The translations under genes were made by a program, and so were the position numbers. Below are positions 1 to 10,864 of a stretch of 64,000 nt of DNA, piece after piece; position 1 is the stretch's first letter, and each line of letters opens with the position of its first letter. The DNA lies in the IMG/VR virus record IMGVR_UViG_3300027759_003944; one strand, 5' to 3'. The stretch is from a virus (lineage: Duplodnaviria; Heunggongvirae; Uroviricota; Caudoviricetes). The notes under the pieces are model-generated. The model was not told the DNA's origin, ran no database searches, and saw nothing but the letters and a program-made list of their open reading frames with translations.

Positions 1-572
1 TGTGCCACCTGAAAAGTATAACTACCACCGCGCACAAGATCAATTGTGGGGTTATTGCCAATTTGGCCACTGAATGTGTACACGCCATTTTCACGAGTGA
101 CCACAAAGTTGTATGATGTGGGCACACCGGTCGCACCCACTTCCACCACATCAGGGCCGTTGGGCAACCAAAAATACTGACTGAAGTTGATGAATGCGTC
201 ATAGTTGATAAATGGATCCCAGGTATAGTATTCATTTCTATACAACAAGTCAGGACGAGTTTGATCTCCTCCCTGGAATCCAATGGCATCGTTTATGCCA
301 GGATATGTGATGGCATCTTTGATTTTGTTTGTGTCAGGTTCAAGAATTATTACCCCAGGTTCCAGTTGATACTCTTGGCGACTCTCGCTAGGCTCAACCA
401 CATAACTGTCGTTGGGATTTACACCAGGGCCAACTGAACGTCCAATAAACCCCTGAGTCTTTTTAAACTTGGGTTCCTGGACCAGGGTGTCCAGTGTGGC
501 ACCAAGGAATTGTTTATTGACTGGTGTTTGAAAAATTTGTGGAAGAAAATCAACTGATCGTGTACGTGCCAT
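1..572 (-). CDS. Virion/baseplate-associated protein, N-terminal part only (runs off the left edge of the window)
   Basis: Not in the ORF track. Manual translation from the ATG at 572-570, which overlaps the TAA of the upstream gene (TAATG), gives MARVRSVDFLPQIFQTPVNKQFLGATLDTLVQEPKFKKTQGFIGR..., open to position 1. It directly follows the gp6-like gene. Confidence 0.75.
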   Translation of the reverse strand, partial: MARTRSVDFLPQIFQTPVNKQFLGATLDTLVQEPKFKKTQGFIGRSVGPGVNPNDSYVVEPSESRQEYQLEPGVIILEPDTNKIKDAITYPGINDAIGFQGGDQTRPDLLYRNEYYTWDPFINYDAFINFSQYFWLPNGPDVVEVGATGVPTSYNFVVTRENGVYTFSGQIGNNPTIDLVRGGSYTFQVA

Positions 573-3500
573 TAGATTACTCCGCTGCCTGGAGCAGTGC
601 GTAGGTTAGTACTGGTCAATGCTTCAATTACATCAATGTTGGCGATGGTAGCAGCGTTGGCAAAAATTTCATTGGGCTGGCTGCGAATCTCGTACAAATC
701 ACCAAAACTTTTTTGTTGATCAAGCGGGACCAACACAACTGAACTGATGATGGTTCCCAGTTGACGGTGCAAGTAAGCAGCCAGTTCTGAAAAATAGAAA
801 GTATCGCCAAAATTCCATTTGTCAATGCTGAAATAATTGTTCATTTCTGCCAACACTGAACTTTTAATTTCACTGGTACTGGCTGTGCTGTTTTGCGCAC
901 GAATTACTTTGATAGTGGCTTTTAGTTGTTGTGCTGCCTTGGCACCAAACAATGGTTTAAAGACAACAGAATTAATTACCATGTTGTCTGAAATCATTTT
1001 GTAGTCTTGTAAATTTTGATATTCGGTCGTTAGTTCATCAATAGTGGGCATTTCTGGTTCAGTCACTGTGCCAGTGGTGTCACGCAACCAATTTTGATAA
1101 GCAGTGTAATAACTCAGTGTCACTACATACAAGTCAATGATGTTGGTGGACCCTGGGTCAATTCTATTGGTCAATGGACTGTTGTGTCTGTATTGAAAAT
1201 ACAAACCTTGACGTCCAGTTCTAGCCAGCCACTCGCCAGCGGTGTATGCCACTAGTGTTCTGACACCATTGGTGTTGATGCTTAATAGATAAAATGCGTC
1301 TTGACTATAAGCATAAAACACTTGTCCTGGACTCCAGGCAGTTTTTACCAGTTCAATATCATCAATGGTGGCATAATCATAATTGACTACACCGGGTTCT
1401 ACCAAGAGATATCGTTGCAAATTGTCAAAGTCCACTGTGCGTTGTAAGAACACAAGACTTCCAGGATTTGTAGCAGTACCAACAATTTCTTCAAAGAAGT
1501 CAGGATTGTCGGGCACACCATCATTGTCTGAGTCTCTATAACTGACCAAGACCTGGAAGTCGTCAACATAGCCGTCACTTTCTACAGGTTGCCCAATGAT
1601 TGTGGTATAGATATCACCAGGTAGAGATGCTGTTGAATCAGGCTGTGTATTCACGGCCAGCACATTGATAAAATCTTTGATAATTGTGCCTGTTCGACTG
1701 TCATAAACCAACTGGTTGCCATAGAAGAAAAATCTTGTTTGCAAAACTGAGCCAAAGTTGTAACTTAATCCACGGAATGTGATTGTGTAGTTTTGATTGA
1801 CCACTTCAAATGCCACCAACCACGAAGCATCAAGATTGGCACCAGACTGATTGCCGGCGTATTGCTGGCTCCAAGATGAAACATTTTCTTGTGTGCCAAA
1901 GTCTAAATTGGTGCTGGTGATCAAATACCAACTGCCGGGAGTGTAATTGGTAACAGCCAAGGTGCCTTCGCTGTCGTACCCAATGCCAAAATTACGGAAT
2001 AGCAAAATTTGATCAGCCATCTGCTGTTGCAGTGTCGTGGACAAATTAGTTACAAACGCAGGAATAATGCTGTCAACAATGGCTCCTGTTGGAACAAAAT
2101 TGTTGATGGTGACTGGCCCGGAACCCGAAGTCAAGTTACCAACACCGTTGTTGTACCCATCACCCACAATCTGTTGAGGAGCGGCCCAGATAACTGTGGT
2201 TTCATCTGCACGAGTAGCAGTTCCTTGAACCAATCGGTTGTTACGATCAAAGTAATATCCAGTGGGGGCTACAAATTTTATCAAACTGCCCACAACAGCG
2301 TATTTGAACACTGTGGTCACTGTGGTGCCAATGGGAATTGGTGTTCCGGCGGCATTGACAAAATATCCAGTGGTTTCATTGGCCAGTGTTGTACTTTGGT
2401 GCCAAGTTGTGCCAGCGGTATTGCCAGTGTTGACAGTTTCTCTAGGAAAATTATCATAATAAAACTGTCGCATTGTGGCAGCGCCAATGCTGGGTTGTAC
2501 TTGGTTTGTGATCAAGTCAGCAACATCATTGCGATTGTCAAAAGTAAACAATATGGTAGGCAGAATCAAATTGCGCCATAGACCACCGTCACTGGAGAAT
2601 GAATTGGTACTGGAATATTTGCCTGTGTTGTCAATCAAGTCAAGATAGCGACTGGTACCAATTGACGCACGATTTAACGCTTTGCTTTTGATGATTGAAT
2701 TGTAAGCAGTGTATGGAAAGAGGTTGTAGTCTTCACCGTTGACCATGCGGTTCTGTGTGTAGTAACGTGCAGGAGCACGTTGTTTGATTTCAGCAATGGG
2801 TTCACGTGCTTGGCTGTTGCTGACAGGACGTGTGATGCCGCAGGTAAAAGTAATGGTCTGTAAGTTGCCGTTGCGGTCAATGTAACTGATGGGCAACACA
2901 ACATTTTGCATTTCTTCAGGATTGATGATATATTGCAAGCCGTTTGAGGCTCGAACATATGCACGGAATACACCCACAGGAATTTGTGAGAACACACCAT
3001 CGCCAAAGATCATGGTGATTTGATCATTTGCTCTAGAGGTCACACTATAGATTGGCAGCAATGATGTTGATCTCTCAGCTGCTGCTTGGTAAATGTTTTC
3101 TACATATTTCCACTCTTGACTAATATTACCCAAATTGTCTAGTTGGAACAACCAACGATCTTCATTGTTGACTCCTTCGATGTTGATGTCCACAGTGCGA
3201 TTGGCAATGCGTTCAGCCAAGTTAAAGTCTTGATTTTGCAATACGCCTTGTTTGAACAAAAAGAAATAACCATTGTTGGCACTTTGAAAGCCCAGTTGAT
3301 CGTTACGGTACAGCACATTAAATGAAGTGTTGGGCTGTGGACTGGGTTCATACACATAATCTTTGCCAGCGCTCGTTGATGTCATGGCTTCAAACTGCAT
3401 GTTAACTCCATCCACAGTGGCAGCGTAAGGAATCACAGGCAAAAACCCTGGCACTAGATTGATTGCATATTCGTCGGTGGTGACACCCAATATGGCTTGA

Positions 3501-4027
3501 CGATTACCGGGGCGGCCAACCTTTTGACTATCTATCAAACTGGCATTGATGATGGCAGTAAATTGCTCTTGCCAGTCATTGTTGGTAGGATCAGCCCAGT
3601 TTACTGTGACATTGCTTAGATTGACGCCGTTGTAGTCCACTACATTTTCAGTTGTGGTAACGTTGAATACTTTGAGAAAACCTTCGGCTGCGGTGTTGCG
3701 CTTGGCTGAATAACTCACAAGATTTGCCAAGCGCACAACTGAATCTCTGCGTTCAGCTGTGTCTATGTAGTTTTCACGAGTGTTTAAGTCTGTGCGGAAA
3801 GCCAGTGCTTGTCCCATGAACGCCATGACGTCCAGCAGGGCAATAAATTCGCTAGATTCAATGTAGTCATTAAAGGTTTCGGGATAATACAAACGCAGGT
3901 AATCGATGAAACTTTTGCGCAGTGTTTCAAAATCGTAACTTTGAAAATCAGCTTCGCGGTAAGTTTGGTAGATCTGTTTCCAATCCTCTACACCAAATAC
4001 CGCTGTTTGTCTTGTGGTTGTTGCCAT
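572..4027 (-). CDS. gp6: Baseplate wedge subunit, T4 gp6-like (extended, 1151 aa)
   Basis: N-terminus DFQSYDFETLRKSFIDYL...FIALLDVMAF...ENYIDTAERRDSVVRLANLVSY and the later motif RAPARYYTQNRMVNGEDY are typical of the gp6/baseplate-J family. Adjacent to gp25; TAAATA late motif at 4046-4051 (-). Confidence 0.8.
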   Translation of the reverse strand: MATTTRQTAVFGVEDWKQIYQTYREADFQSYDFETLRKSFIDYLRLYYPETFNDYIESSEFIALLDVMAFMGQALAFRTDLNTRENYIDTAERRDSVVRLANLVSYSAKRNTAAEGFLKVFNVTTTENVVDYNGVNLSNVTVNWADPTNNDWQEQFTAIINASLIDSQKVGRPGNRQAILGVTTDEYAINLVPGFLPVIPYAATVDGVNMQFEAMTSTSAGKDYVYEPSPQPNTSFNVLYRNDQLGFQSANNGYFFLFKQGVLQNQDFNLAERIANRTVDINIEGVNNEDRWLFQLDNLGNISQEWKYVENIYQAAAERSTSLLPIYSVTSRANDQITMIFGDGVFSQIPVGVFRAYVRASNGLQYIINPEEMQNVVLPISYIDRNGNLQTITFTCGITRPVSNSQAREPIAEIKQRAPARYYTQNRMVNGEDYNLFPYTAYNSIIKSKALNRASIGTSRYLDLIDNTGKYSSTNSFSSDGGLWRNLILPTILFTFDNRNDVADLITNQVQPSIGAATMRQFYYDNFPRETVNTGNTAGTTWHQSTTLANETTGYFVNAAGTPIPIGTTVTTVFKYAVVGSLIKFVAPTGYYFDRNNRLVQGTATRADETTVIWAAPQQIVGDGYNNGVGNLTSGSGPVTINNFVPTGAIVDSIIPAFVTNLSTTLQQQMADQILLFRNFGIGYDSEGTLAVTNYTPGSWYLITSTNLDFGTQENVSSWSQQYAGNQSGANLDASWLVAFEVVNQNYTITFRGLSYNFGSVLQTRFFFYGNQLVYDSRTGTIIKDFINVLAVNTQPDSTASLPGDIYTTIIGQPVESDGYVDDFQVLVSYRDSDNDGVPDNPDFFEEIVGTATNPGSLVFLQRTVDFDNLQRYLLVEPGVVNYDYATIDDIELVKTAWSPGQVFYAYSQDAFYLLSINTNGVRTLVAYTAGEWLARTGRQGLYFQYRHNSPLTNRIDPGSTNIIDLYVVTLSYYTAYQNWLRDTTGTVTEPEMPTIDELTTEYQNLQDYKMISDNMVINSVVFKPLFGAKAAQQLKATIKVIRAQNSTASTSEIKSSVLAEMNNYFSIDKWNFGDTFYFSELAAYLHRQLGTIISSVVLVPLDQQKSFGDLYEIRSQPNEIFANAATIANIDVIEALTSTNLRTAPGSGVI

Positions 4028-4073
4028 TTATCTGTGCCTCTTTGTTATTTATTATGCGCAAAAACTGGGTAGT

Positions 4074-4451
4074 TTATGTTACATAACTGGCACTGCGTTG
4101 TTGTTCATCAAAAAATAAACTTAAAATCTTTGCATTAGTGGTATTGACCACTGTGACCTGTAGCTGTATCAATATACCATTCTCTTGCGGGTACACCTGG
4201 ATGTCGTTCAAAAACAATCTGGGATCTCCGCCGACCACTCGTTGAACTTCGTCTCGAATTTGTTGTTGCAGTTGTTCGACTTGATTTTCAAAAAGGTAGG
4301 CAAAGATACTAGAACCGTACGCAGGGCGTCCAGGCAACTCGCCTTGACGAATGTTAAACGCATTCAACAAGTCACGCTGAATCAAATCAAAGTCCACAAG
4401 AGTGAACTTTTTGTTTTGATTAATGGTATTGAAACCGATGTATGTGGTCAT
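4074..4451 (-). CDS. gp25: Baseplate wedge/sheath initiator, gp25-like
   Basis: 125 aa with DLLNAFNIRQGELPGRPAYGSSIFAYLFE...DPRL, the GPW/gp25 signature. TAAATA late motif at 4457-4462 (-). Confidence 0.85.
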   Translation of the reverse strand: MTTYIGFNTINQNKKFTLVDFDLIQRDLLNAFNIRQGELPGRPAYGSSIFAYLFENQVEQLQQQIRDEVQRVVGGDPRLFLNDIQVYPQENGILIQLQVTVVNTTNAKILSLFFDEQQRSASYVT

Positions 4452-4466
4452 ATTGATATTTATGGG

Positions 4467-6188
4467 TTAGCCGGACTTGACTCTGCGTAGATTGGGCAGA
4501 TACAGTGTGCGTATGTCATCAATAAATGCCAAAATAGAAGCCAGCAGGTCTTCAACTTCTTTCAGTGCAGTTGGCACACGGTTTGTCAATTTATCAATGT
4601 CAGTTTTTAAAGATTCTGTGCGTTTGGCCAACTCATTTAATTTTTTAACAATATCTGACAATTGTCCAATTTTGGCATCAACATTACTGGTTGTGGCCTC
4701 TGTTTTATTGATTTCATCAAATTTTGCCTGATACTCTTTAAAAAGATTTGTTACCACTTTTTTCTCTGCAAACAACGGTCCGGGCAATCTTGGTGTGGTG
4801 TCATTGTAGTCTATTGGGGGTATTTTATCATTGCCAAATACTCGTCCCATGGCAGCAGTCAATGTTTCTCTGCTGACTGTGTCTGTGGCCTCGCCCGGAG
4901 GCTCTTGTTGTAACATAGCATCATTAAATTTTTCTTCGGCTGACCCAATAGCAAACTGTGCATCTTTAAATTTGGCGTCAAATTCAGCTTGTTTGTCAGC
5001 AGGCAATTGTCCCTTGATCCAAGCAGCCCCTTCGGCTGAATCTTTACTGAATACTGATGCCACACCACCCAGCTGTTTGGGGTCAAGCCCAGCAGTGGGC
5101 ACTCCCAATGCACTGGCAGCGGCCAGCCCTTTGCTCATTAAATCTTGTTGTGTTAGGCCTTGGGCTGCTGGATTGCTCAACAAACTGTCAAGGTTGTTGA
5201 TGCCGCCTTTGCCAGTCCACACTGCAGGACTCTTTAGCACTGTGGTTAAATCGTTGGCTCCTTGCTTGAGAAACGAGCCAGCGGTGCCTGGTTTGAGCAA
5301 TCCTGCTGTTTCTAACTGTGTGGCATCAAATCCAAATTTGCCTGCGCCGGCAGCATTGGTAAATTGACTGAAATCTTGACCAGTTGACTTGCCCACTGAC
5401 GCTATGGTAGCACGAACATCTGTGGTACTTAATTTGCCCATGGGCACCAGTGCCGAAGCTGTTTTTGCAAAGTCCGCAGTGTCTATGCCGTTGGTCACTG
5501 GTTCTCCAAACAAACTACCAATTTTGCCAGCGGTTTGTTGCAATATTGATCCGGCGCTGCCTATCTTAGATTGTAAATTACCAGTAGTTCCTGCAGCCAA
5601 GGACTGTTTGGCACTTTCTGCAATGCTGGCAAATTGATTTTGCACACCCTTGTCTGTGCCAGGAAATCCTGCCAATTCCTGTGACAGTTCTGCCTTGGCC
5701 GAAGCCAGGCCGTCAGCAGCCTGTGTCTGTGCGCTGAGAACATCGCCTGGACTGAATCCAGTCAATCCCCCAGTGTTGGCCTGCTTTTTAAAAATTTCAA
5801 AGGCTTGCTCACGAGTCATGCCTGGAGGACCGTTGACTTCAAATGTTTTTGCTATGGCAGTGGGGTCAGGCAACCCAAACTGTTTGGCAATGGCTGCGGC
5901 CTTGGCTTTTTCTTCTTCGGTCAAGGGCCTACCTGGGGCAGTTGTGGTTGGAGCATTGCCCTGTCGGCCTCCATAGGTCTTACCGTCATCCACAGGTCTA
6001 GGTCCTGGCAGTGGACTAAGTCCACGACGCAAACGTTCATTGTTCACACGGTCCCAGACAATGGGATCATTGCCACTGTAAGTCAGTTTGTCATCAGGGG
6101 TACCAGCAGACAGTCCTGACTCAAATGATGCTACAGACGAACCAACTGATCCTTTGAGGCTTTCAAGATCAAAAGTAAATGTACTCAT
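4467..6188 (-). CDS. Hypothetical baseplate-region virion protein with C-terminal coiled coil
   Basis: 573 aa ORF coupled to the gp5-like gene by a 4-nt overlap. Ala/Gly-rich, with motif GKFGFDATQLETAGLLKPG and a heptad-like C-terminus. Function not recognised. Confidence 0.55.
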   Translation of the reverse strand: MSTFTFDLESLKGSVGSSVASFESGLSAGTPDDKLTYSGNDPIVWDRVNNERLRRGLSPLPGPRPVDDGKTYGGRQGNAPTTTAPGRPLTEEEKAKAAAIAKQFGLPDPTAIAKTFEVNGPPGMTREQAFEIFKKQANTGGLTGFSPGDVLSAQTQAADGLASAKAELSQELAGFPGTDKGVQNQFASIAESAKQSLAAGTTGNLQSKIGSAGSILQQTAGKIGSLFGEPVTNGIDTADFAKTASALVPMGKLSTTDVRATIASVGKSTGQDFSQFTNAAGAGKFGFDATQLETAGLLKPGTAGSFLKQGANDLTTVLKSPAVWTGKGGINNLDSLLSNPAAQGLTQQDLMSKGLAAASALGVPTAGLDPKQLGGVASVFSKDSAEGAAWIKGQLPADKQAEFDAKFKDAQFAIGSAEEKFNDAMLQQEPPGEATDTVSRETLTAAMGRVFGNDKIPPIDYNDTTPRLPGPLFAEKKVVTNLFKEYQAKFDEINKTEATTSNVDAKIGQLSDIVKKLNELAKRTESLKTDIDKLTNRVPTALKEVEDLLASILAFIDDIRTLYLPNLRRVKSG

Positions 6189-7687
6189 ATTGCTTTGATG
6201 ACCACACCAGCAGGCACAGGCTCAGCGCCTGGTGGTGGTGAAGGTTTGCCTTCCTCAAATTTAACTTTTACATCAACCCCTTTGTTGTGATAAGGATAAG
6301 GTTCATGTGTGGGTGCTCTGGGCACAATAGTTTTCAATGCATTGTCAGCCACTTCCCACCCTTTGCTGGTGCTAAATTTTGTGTCATCCAATTCAATAGT
6401 GGCAATGGCCTTGGGTGCCGAGACTGTGGCCGCTGCAGGGCCGTTTAGATCAATGCCACCAGCAGTGAACAACAATGACTCTCCCCCGTTCCACGACCCT
6501 CCTGCACTTTGCAAGGCCAAGGTACCGTCAGCTTTGATGCCAATGGTGGCTTTGCTGTAGATTTTAAAATCTTTTTGTGCAGTGATGTTGAAATCTGTCA
6601 CAGCTTCCATGGTGGTGCTTTTTTCACTCTTGACTTGTATGTTGCCACCAGCATACATGTTGATGTCACGGTCAGCATGCATGTTGATGTCGCCATTGGT
6701 GCGTATGTTTACACTGTTGGTTGAGAACACATCCACTGTGCCTTCAGCGCCAAACTCCAGCCAGGTCTGACCATTAGCATGTGTGATGTAGAAAAAATTG
6801 CCCGAGTCATTCATGGTGATCTGATGACCCTTGGGTGTTCTCAAACGGAACAGGGCATTGTTGCCTTCAAGATCTCCGTCGTCCATGACCAAGGTGTGTC
6901 CGCCCATGCGGCCTATCACCTGTGCATCTTGAGGTTTTAATTCATTGCTTTGAATCTTTTTCCTAATGTCATTGGGCTTCATGCCACCTTGATAGATGGG
7001 TGTGCCTGGGGTACTGATACCAAACACTGCACTGGGAGTTTCTCGTTGACTGCTGGATCTTATGGGCCCACGCTCGGTGTCATTGGCCAGGCCCTGCTGA
7101 AACAATGCACCGGCCACCACTGAATGCACTGGTTTAGGCTTGTCAAAAAATCTTGCATTGTTCACTATACCTGGACTGTTGGTGTTGATTTCTGTCACTG
7201 GCAACAGCGGGGCATCAGCAAAATATGTTTCTTGATTTTTGTTGCCAGTCACATAGGTTGTGCTGCCAGCAATGGCCGGAACCATGTGGCCCACACCGTT
7301 GTCGGGCGCAACACCAATGTAATATCCCAGTTGTCGATCACCGTTGACAAATATACAGATCACAGTGATGCCAATGTCAGGTGGAGTAAACCACATGCCA
7401 TAGCTGTTTTGATTTCCTGGGTAGGCACCAGTCCCATCCTTGGCGGTGTTGCCCGAAGCGGTGTACCCATAAAAACTAGGCAGGTAACTCACAGTGGTCC
7501 ATTTGCTGGGATCATCAGGATTCCCGCCCGAAAACACTTCAATGTAAACTTGCAAACGTCCACTGCGTGTGGGGTCTACGTTGTTTTTCACAATGCCAGT
7601 GAATGGGCCAAACTGCGCAGGTACTCCGCCACGATCTTGTTTGTAATTGGCTGTTACACCACGACTTTTTTGATAGTCTTCTGACAC
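6185..7687 (-). CDS. gp5: Baseplate hub spike, gp5/VgrG-like (OB-fold plus beta-helix repeats, no lysozyme domain seen)
   Basis: N-terminal GIVKNNVDPTRSGRLQVYI and GMWFTPPDIG match the gp5 OB-fold. C-terminal beta-helix-type repeats (GTVDVFSTNSVNIRTNGDINMHADRDINMYAGGNI). Confidence 0.75.
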   Translation of the reverse strand: MSEDYQKSRGVTANYKQDRGGVPAQFGPFTGIVKNNVDPTRSGRLQVYIEVFSGGNPDDPSKWTTVSYLPSFYGYTASGNTAKDGTGAYPGNQNSYGMWFTPPDIGITVICIFVNGDRQLGYYIGVAPDNGVGHMVPAIAGSTTYVTGNKNQETYFADAPLLPVTEINTNSPGIVNNARFFDKPKPVHSVVAGALFQQGLANDTERGPIRSSSQRETPSAVFGISTPGTPIYQGGMKPNDIRKKIQSNELKPQDAQVIGRMGGHTLVMDDGDLEGNNALFRLRTPKGHQITMNDSGNFFYITHANGQTWLEFGAEGTVDVFSTNSVNIRTNGDINMHADRDINMYAGGNIQVKSEKSTTMEAVTDFNITAQKDFKIYSKATIGIKADGTLALQSAGGSWNGGESLLFTAGGIDLNGPAAATVSAPKAIATIELDDTKFSTSKGWEVADNALKTIVPRAPTHEPYPYHNKGVDVKVKFEEGKPSPPPGAEPVPAGVVIKAI

Positions 7688-7696
7688 TGTTGTTCC

Positions 7697-10600
7697 TTAA
7701 ACGTCTTTGGCAATATTCTGTATGCGTTGTCTTACATTTTCTAATGTGGTATTTAAAGGCAGCGGCGCATTGCCAAAAGTAACAGGATCGACTCCTGCTC
7801 CTGTGGGTGCCCGGGGATATCCAGCTGGCAGTATTGTACCAACAGCGTCCGGGAATGAGAATGTGGTACCACTGATGGCCGACTGCAATAAATTAGGACT
7901 GGAAAATGCCGGGGCAGTGAGTGTTCCGGTATCAAATGATGCTGACAGTTGATTCATGGCCGATTGCGCCGCAGGAATTTGTGGAGTCACCACAGCTGAT
8001 CCTGATGCAGTGGCTGATGATCTATTGCCTTGTCTGGCAAATTTTGCATCTTCGGCTCGATTTGAGCTGTCATCTTGTGTTTGTGCTGTGGATGCACTGC
8101 CATCAGCATTTTTAGCTGCTGTTGCAGAGGCTGTGCCATCTGGCTTCTTGGCATCAGGCAATGCTTGCAAATATAACACACCGATTATGGTTTGTTCAAA
8201 CTTGCCACCACGAAATTCATTTTGTATTTTGGTGGCTTGATAAAAATTAGATTGCACTGGTTGTCCAGGAGTGAGTCCTACTCGGGCATAAGGGTTGGCC
8301 AAGCCGGTATTTAGATCATAGTCTTCCGGACGTTGCCATGCAATTTCAAACAGCACCTGACTGTTGTCAAAGTTGATGGTGCCATCTGCTAGGAATGCCC
8401 TGGGTGATAAATCTGCACCGGTAACTCCTCCAGCCAAGCTGCCCTGTTGTATCCAGGCTGGATCACCAATGATTTTTAATTTGGTACCACCAGGATCCGC
8501 ATAGGCATACAGATATTCAGCAGCATTGGCGCCAATCTCATTGCCCACGCCATCCGCGCCTTTGTTGCTTTGATCACTGCGCGGAGCATAGGTATATTTC
8601 ACAATGTCACGCCCGTTGCTGGTCTGGCGTTTTCTAAGTTTGGCATCGGCACTTTCCTGCCCAGGACCTCCAGATATGGTCATGTTGTAGGCCGCATTGA
8701 AACTGGCCGTGTAATCCAGCACTGCGGTGTTTTCACCAGTGAACCAGTAGGGATAGCGTTTGTGTATGCCGCGGAACTTGCCTACTGGAAAGTAATTGCT
8801 TTCAAAGTTGGGTATTTCGTACTTGCTGATGATGTAGGTTATTTTGTAAGCATAGTCATTTCTAGCCTCGTCATACTCTAGTGGCACAGCCTGCATGGTC
8901 ACATTGAACCAACTCACAGGTTTGCCAAGTTTTTCAGGGTTTGGAATTTCTTTGTTGGCTTCGTTATCGTACACCGTGAGCGACTGATTGTAGATGTAAC
9001 TGCTGTTTCTAATGGCCAAGTCGATCACTTGACTCATCTGCATGCCAGCAGTGATGCTGTAGTTGCGTGCCTTGATGTCCATGGGGTTCTTTTGACCACT
9101 CAGGGCTTGATTGGCATTGTCACTGGGGGCAATGCCCATGGGAGTGGAGGCTTGCGTGATCACCGTGCCTGGCAGGACAATTGTGGCATTTTTTATCTCA
9201 TCAGCATTGTCGGCAAAAATCACTTCGTAAGTGTCGGCTTCGGTGTAGACCTTTTCAACTGTGACCAAGTCACTGGAAAAAATAGTCATGGCTGCAGCAA
9301 GGCCACTTTCTAGCTTGGGCTTGGGCTTGGCTGCTGCATTGGCCTTGGGTGCGGAGCCACGAGTTTCTCTACTGAGTTCGTTTTGTGCTTCTCGCTCCTG
9401 CTGTGAAACTACAGCAGCACCGCGTTTGCCTGCACCACCAGGTGCAGTGGTACTGGCTCCAGGTTTGCTGGCTGGCGGTGCATCTTTGGAATATATCACT
9501 GGCCCTCCCAGCAAACCTTCCACAGTCTGCGCACTCAGTTGCACATCATATGGTATGGTGCCACGACGTGTGCCGCCGCCCACAATCTGTCCCACAGGAG
9601 CACAGTCAAATTCATAACTGACCAGTTTGTTGCTCACACTCCAGTTGATTTTTCGTATCAAGAAAGGAATAAATTTTTCCACAATGGCGTTGGTATCAGA
9701 TAATCCGTTTGCATCTGCGGCTTTTTTACCAGCCACAAGATTGCCATTGGCATCGTAACCATACCAGCGTATGACCATGAGATACTGTGCGGCTGTGTAG
9801 TTTACATTTTTGTTCTTGGCACTGGTGGTCTGTGCCATGTCTTGCACAGCAGCATATATGCGATCCAGCAGTGTGATATTGGCCGGCTCGGTCACAGTGA
9901 ATTTCAAATTGCTAATCATGTGTGATGTCTGTGTCTGCTTGCCGGGCAAGGCATTTTCAAACGAGATATTATCAATGTAAAAATCTTGTGTGAATGCAGG
10001 ATTGCGACCAGCATCAGGAGCAGTACCACGACTCACACCACCCGGCGGTGTGGACTGCTTGCCGCCTTCTGCTGTGATTTTGGCTTGATATGCCGTGTTT
10101 GATGCTCCTTGAAACCCCCCGGTATTGACCGGAGCTCCGCCACTTTGAAACAGCAAATTGTAGCCGTTGACATTTTTCTTTTGAGTTCGCATCAGTTCAG
10201 TGTACTGTGCCGGGCTCAACAAGTATACCGAGGCTGCCCAAGTGTTACTGGCAAAATTATCTAGAATATTGGGTTCTGGTTTGATGAAATCCAGTGTGTT
10301 GGTGTTGCCTTGTGCATTGGTTTCTCGTTGGGTGTTGGTGGCGGATGGTGGTGGTTTGTCGTCCTGTGCCACTTTCTGTTGCGTCTGTTGTGGCTTTTCG
10401 GCAGTGGGGGCGGCATTTGTATCGCCGCCACCTTCTGGTGGCACTGGTGCTGGTTTGTCAACAACAGGTGTGGTTCTGTCACTTTCTGCCTTTTGCTCCG
10501 CGGTCCTCTCCGTAGTGGCCGGTGTCTTTTGTTGTGCATCGAGTGCAGCCTTTTGTTGTGCCGTATATAGATCGTTCTCAAGACGGCGAATTTCACTTTC

Positions 10601-10861
10601 AGCGGTCTCTAAGTTTTTAAATGCCTGACTGTTGTACAGAGCAGCGGCTCGGTCATCCAAGGCCTGAGCCTGAGCTCGTAAAGCATCAGCACCTGCAATA
10701 TCACCGCCCTCTCGTTGTCGTCTAGCGGCAGATTTTAACTCTGCCGCTTGAGCTGTCAACTGGTTAATCTCTGCTAGAACTGCGTTCTTGGCAGCTTCAA
10801 GGCTGCCCAGTCGAGCCCGGAGTGCTGCTAGTTGTTGTTCAATCTCTGCAACTGTGGCCAT
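7697..10861 (-). CDS. Large baseplate hub-type protein with N-terminal coiled coil and low-complexity linkers
   Basis: 1054 aa, located between the gp53-like and gp5-like genes. C-terminal KIIGDPAWI...EIAWQRPEDY...GKFEQTI resembles hub (gp27-type) C-termini. The assignment rests mainly on synteny. Confidence 0.5.
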   Translation of the reverse strand: MATVAEIEQQLAALRARLGSLEAAKNAVLAEINQLTAQAAELKSAARRQREGGDIAGADALRAQAQALDDRAAALYNSQAFKNLETAESEIRRLENDLYTAQQKAALDAQQKTPATTERTAEQKAESDRTTPVVDKPAPVPPEGGGDTNAAPTAEKPQQTQQKVAQDDKPPPSATNTQRETNAQGNTNTLDFIKPEPNILDNFASNTWAASVYLLSPAQYTELMRTQKKNVNGYNLLFQSGGAPVNTGGFQGASNTAYQAKITAEGGKQSTPPGGVSRGTAPDAGRNPAFTQDFYIDNISFENALPGKQTQTSHMISNLKFTVTEPANITLLDRIYAAVQDMAQTTSAKNKNVNYTAAQYLMVIRWYGYDANGNLVAGKKAADANGLSDTNAIVEKFIPFLIRKINWSVSNKLVSYEFDCAPVGQIVGGGTRRGTIPYDVQLSAQTVEGLLGGPVIYSKDAPPASKPGASTTAPGGAGKRGAAVVSQQEREAQNELSRETRGSAPKANAAAKPKPKLESGLAAAMTIFSSDLVTVEKVYTEADTYEVIFADNADEIKNATIVLPGTVITQASTPMGIAPSDNANQALSGQKNPMDIKARNYSITAGMQMSQVIDLAIRNSSYIYNQSLTVYDNEANKEIPNPEKLGKPVSWFNVTMQAVPLEYDEARNDYAYKITYIISKYEIPNFESNYFPVGKFRGIHKRYPYWFTGENTAVLDYTASFNAAYNMTISGGPGQESADAKLRKRQTSNGRDIVKYTYAPRSDQSNKGADGVGNEIGANAAEYLYAYADPGGTKLKIIGDPAWIQQGSLAGGVTGADLSPRAFLADGTINFDNSQVLFEIAWQRPEDYDLNTGLANPYARVGLTPGQPVQSNFYQATKIQNEFRGGKFEQTIIGVLYLQALPDAKKPDGTASATAAKNADGSASTAQTQDDSSNRAEDAKFARQGNRSSATASGSAVVTPQIPAAQSAMNQLSASFDTGTLTAPAFSSPNLLQSAISGTTFSFPDAVGTILPAGYPRAPTGAGVDPVTFGNAPLPLNTTLENVRQRIQNIAKDV

Positions 10862-10864
10862 GGT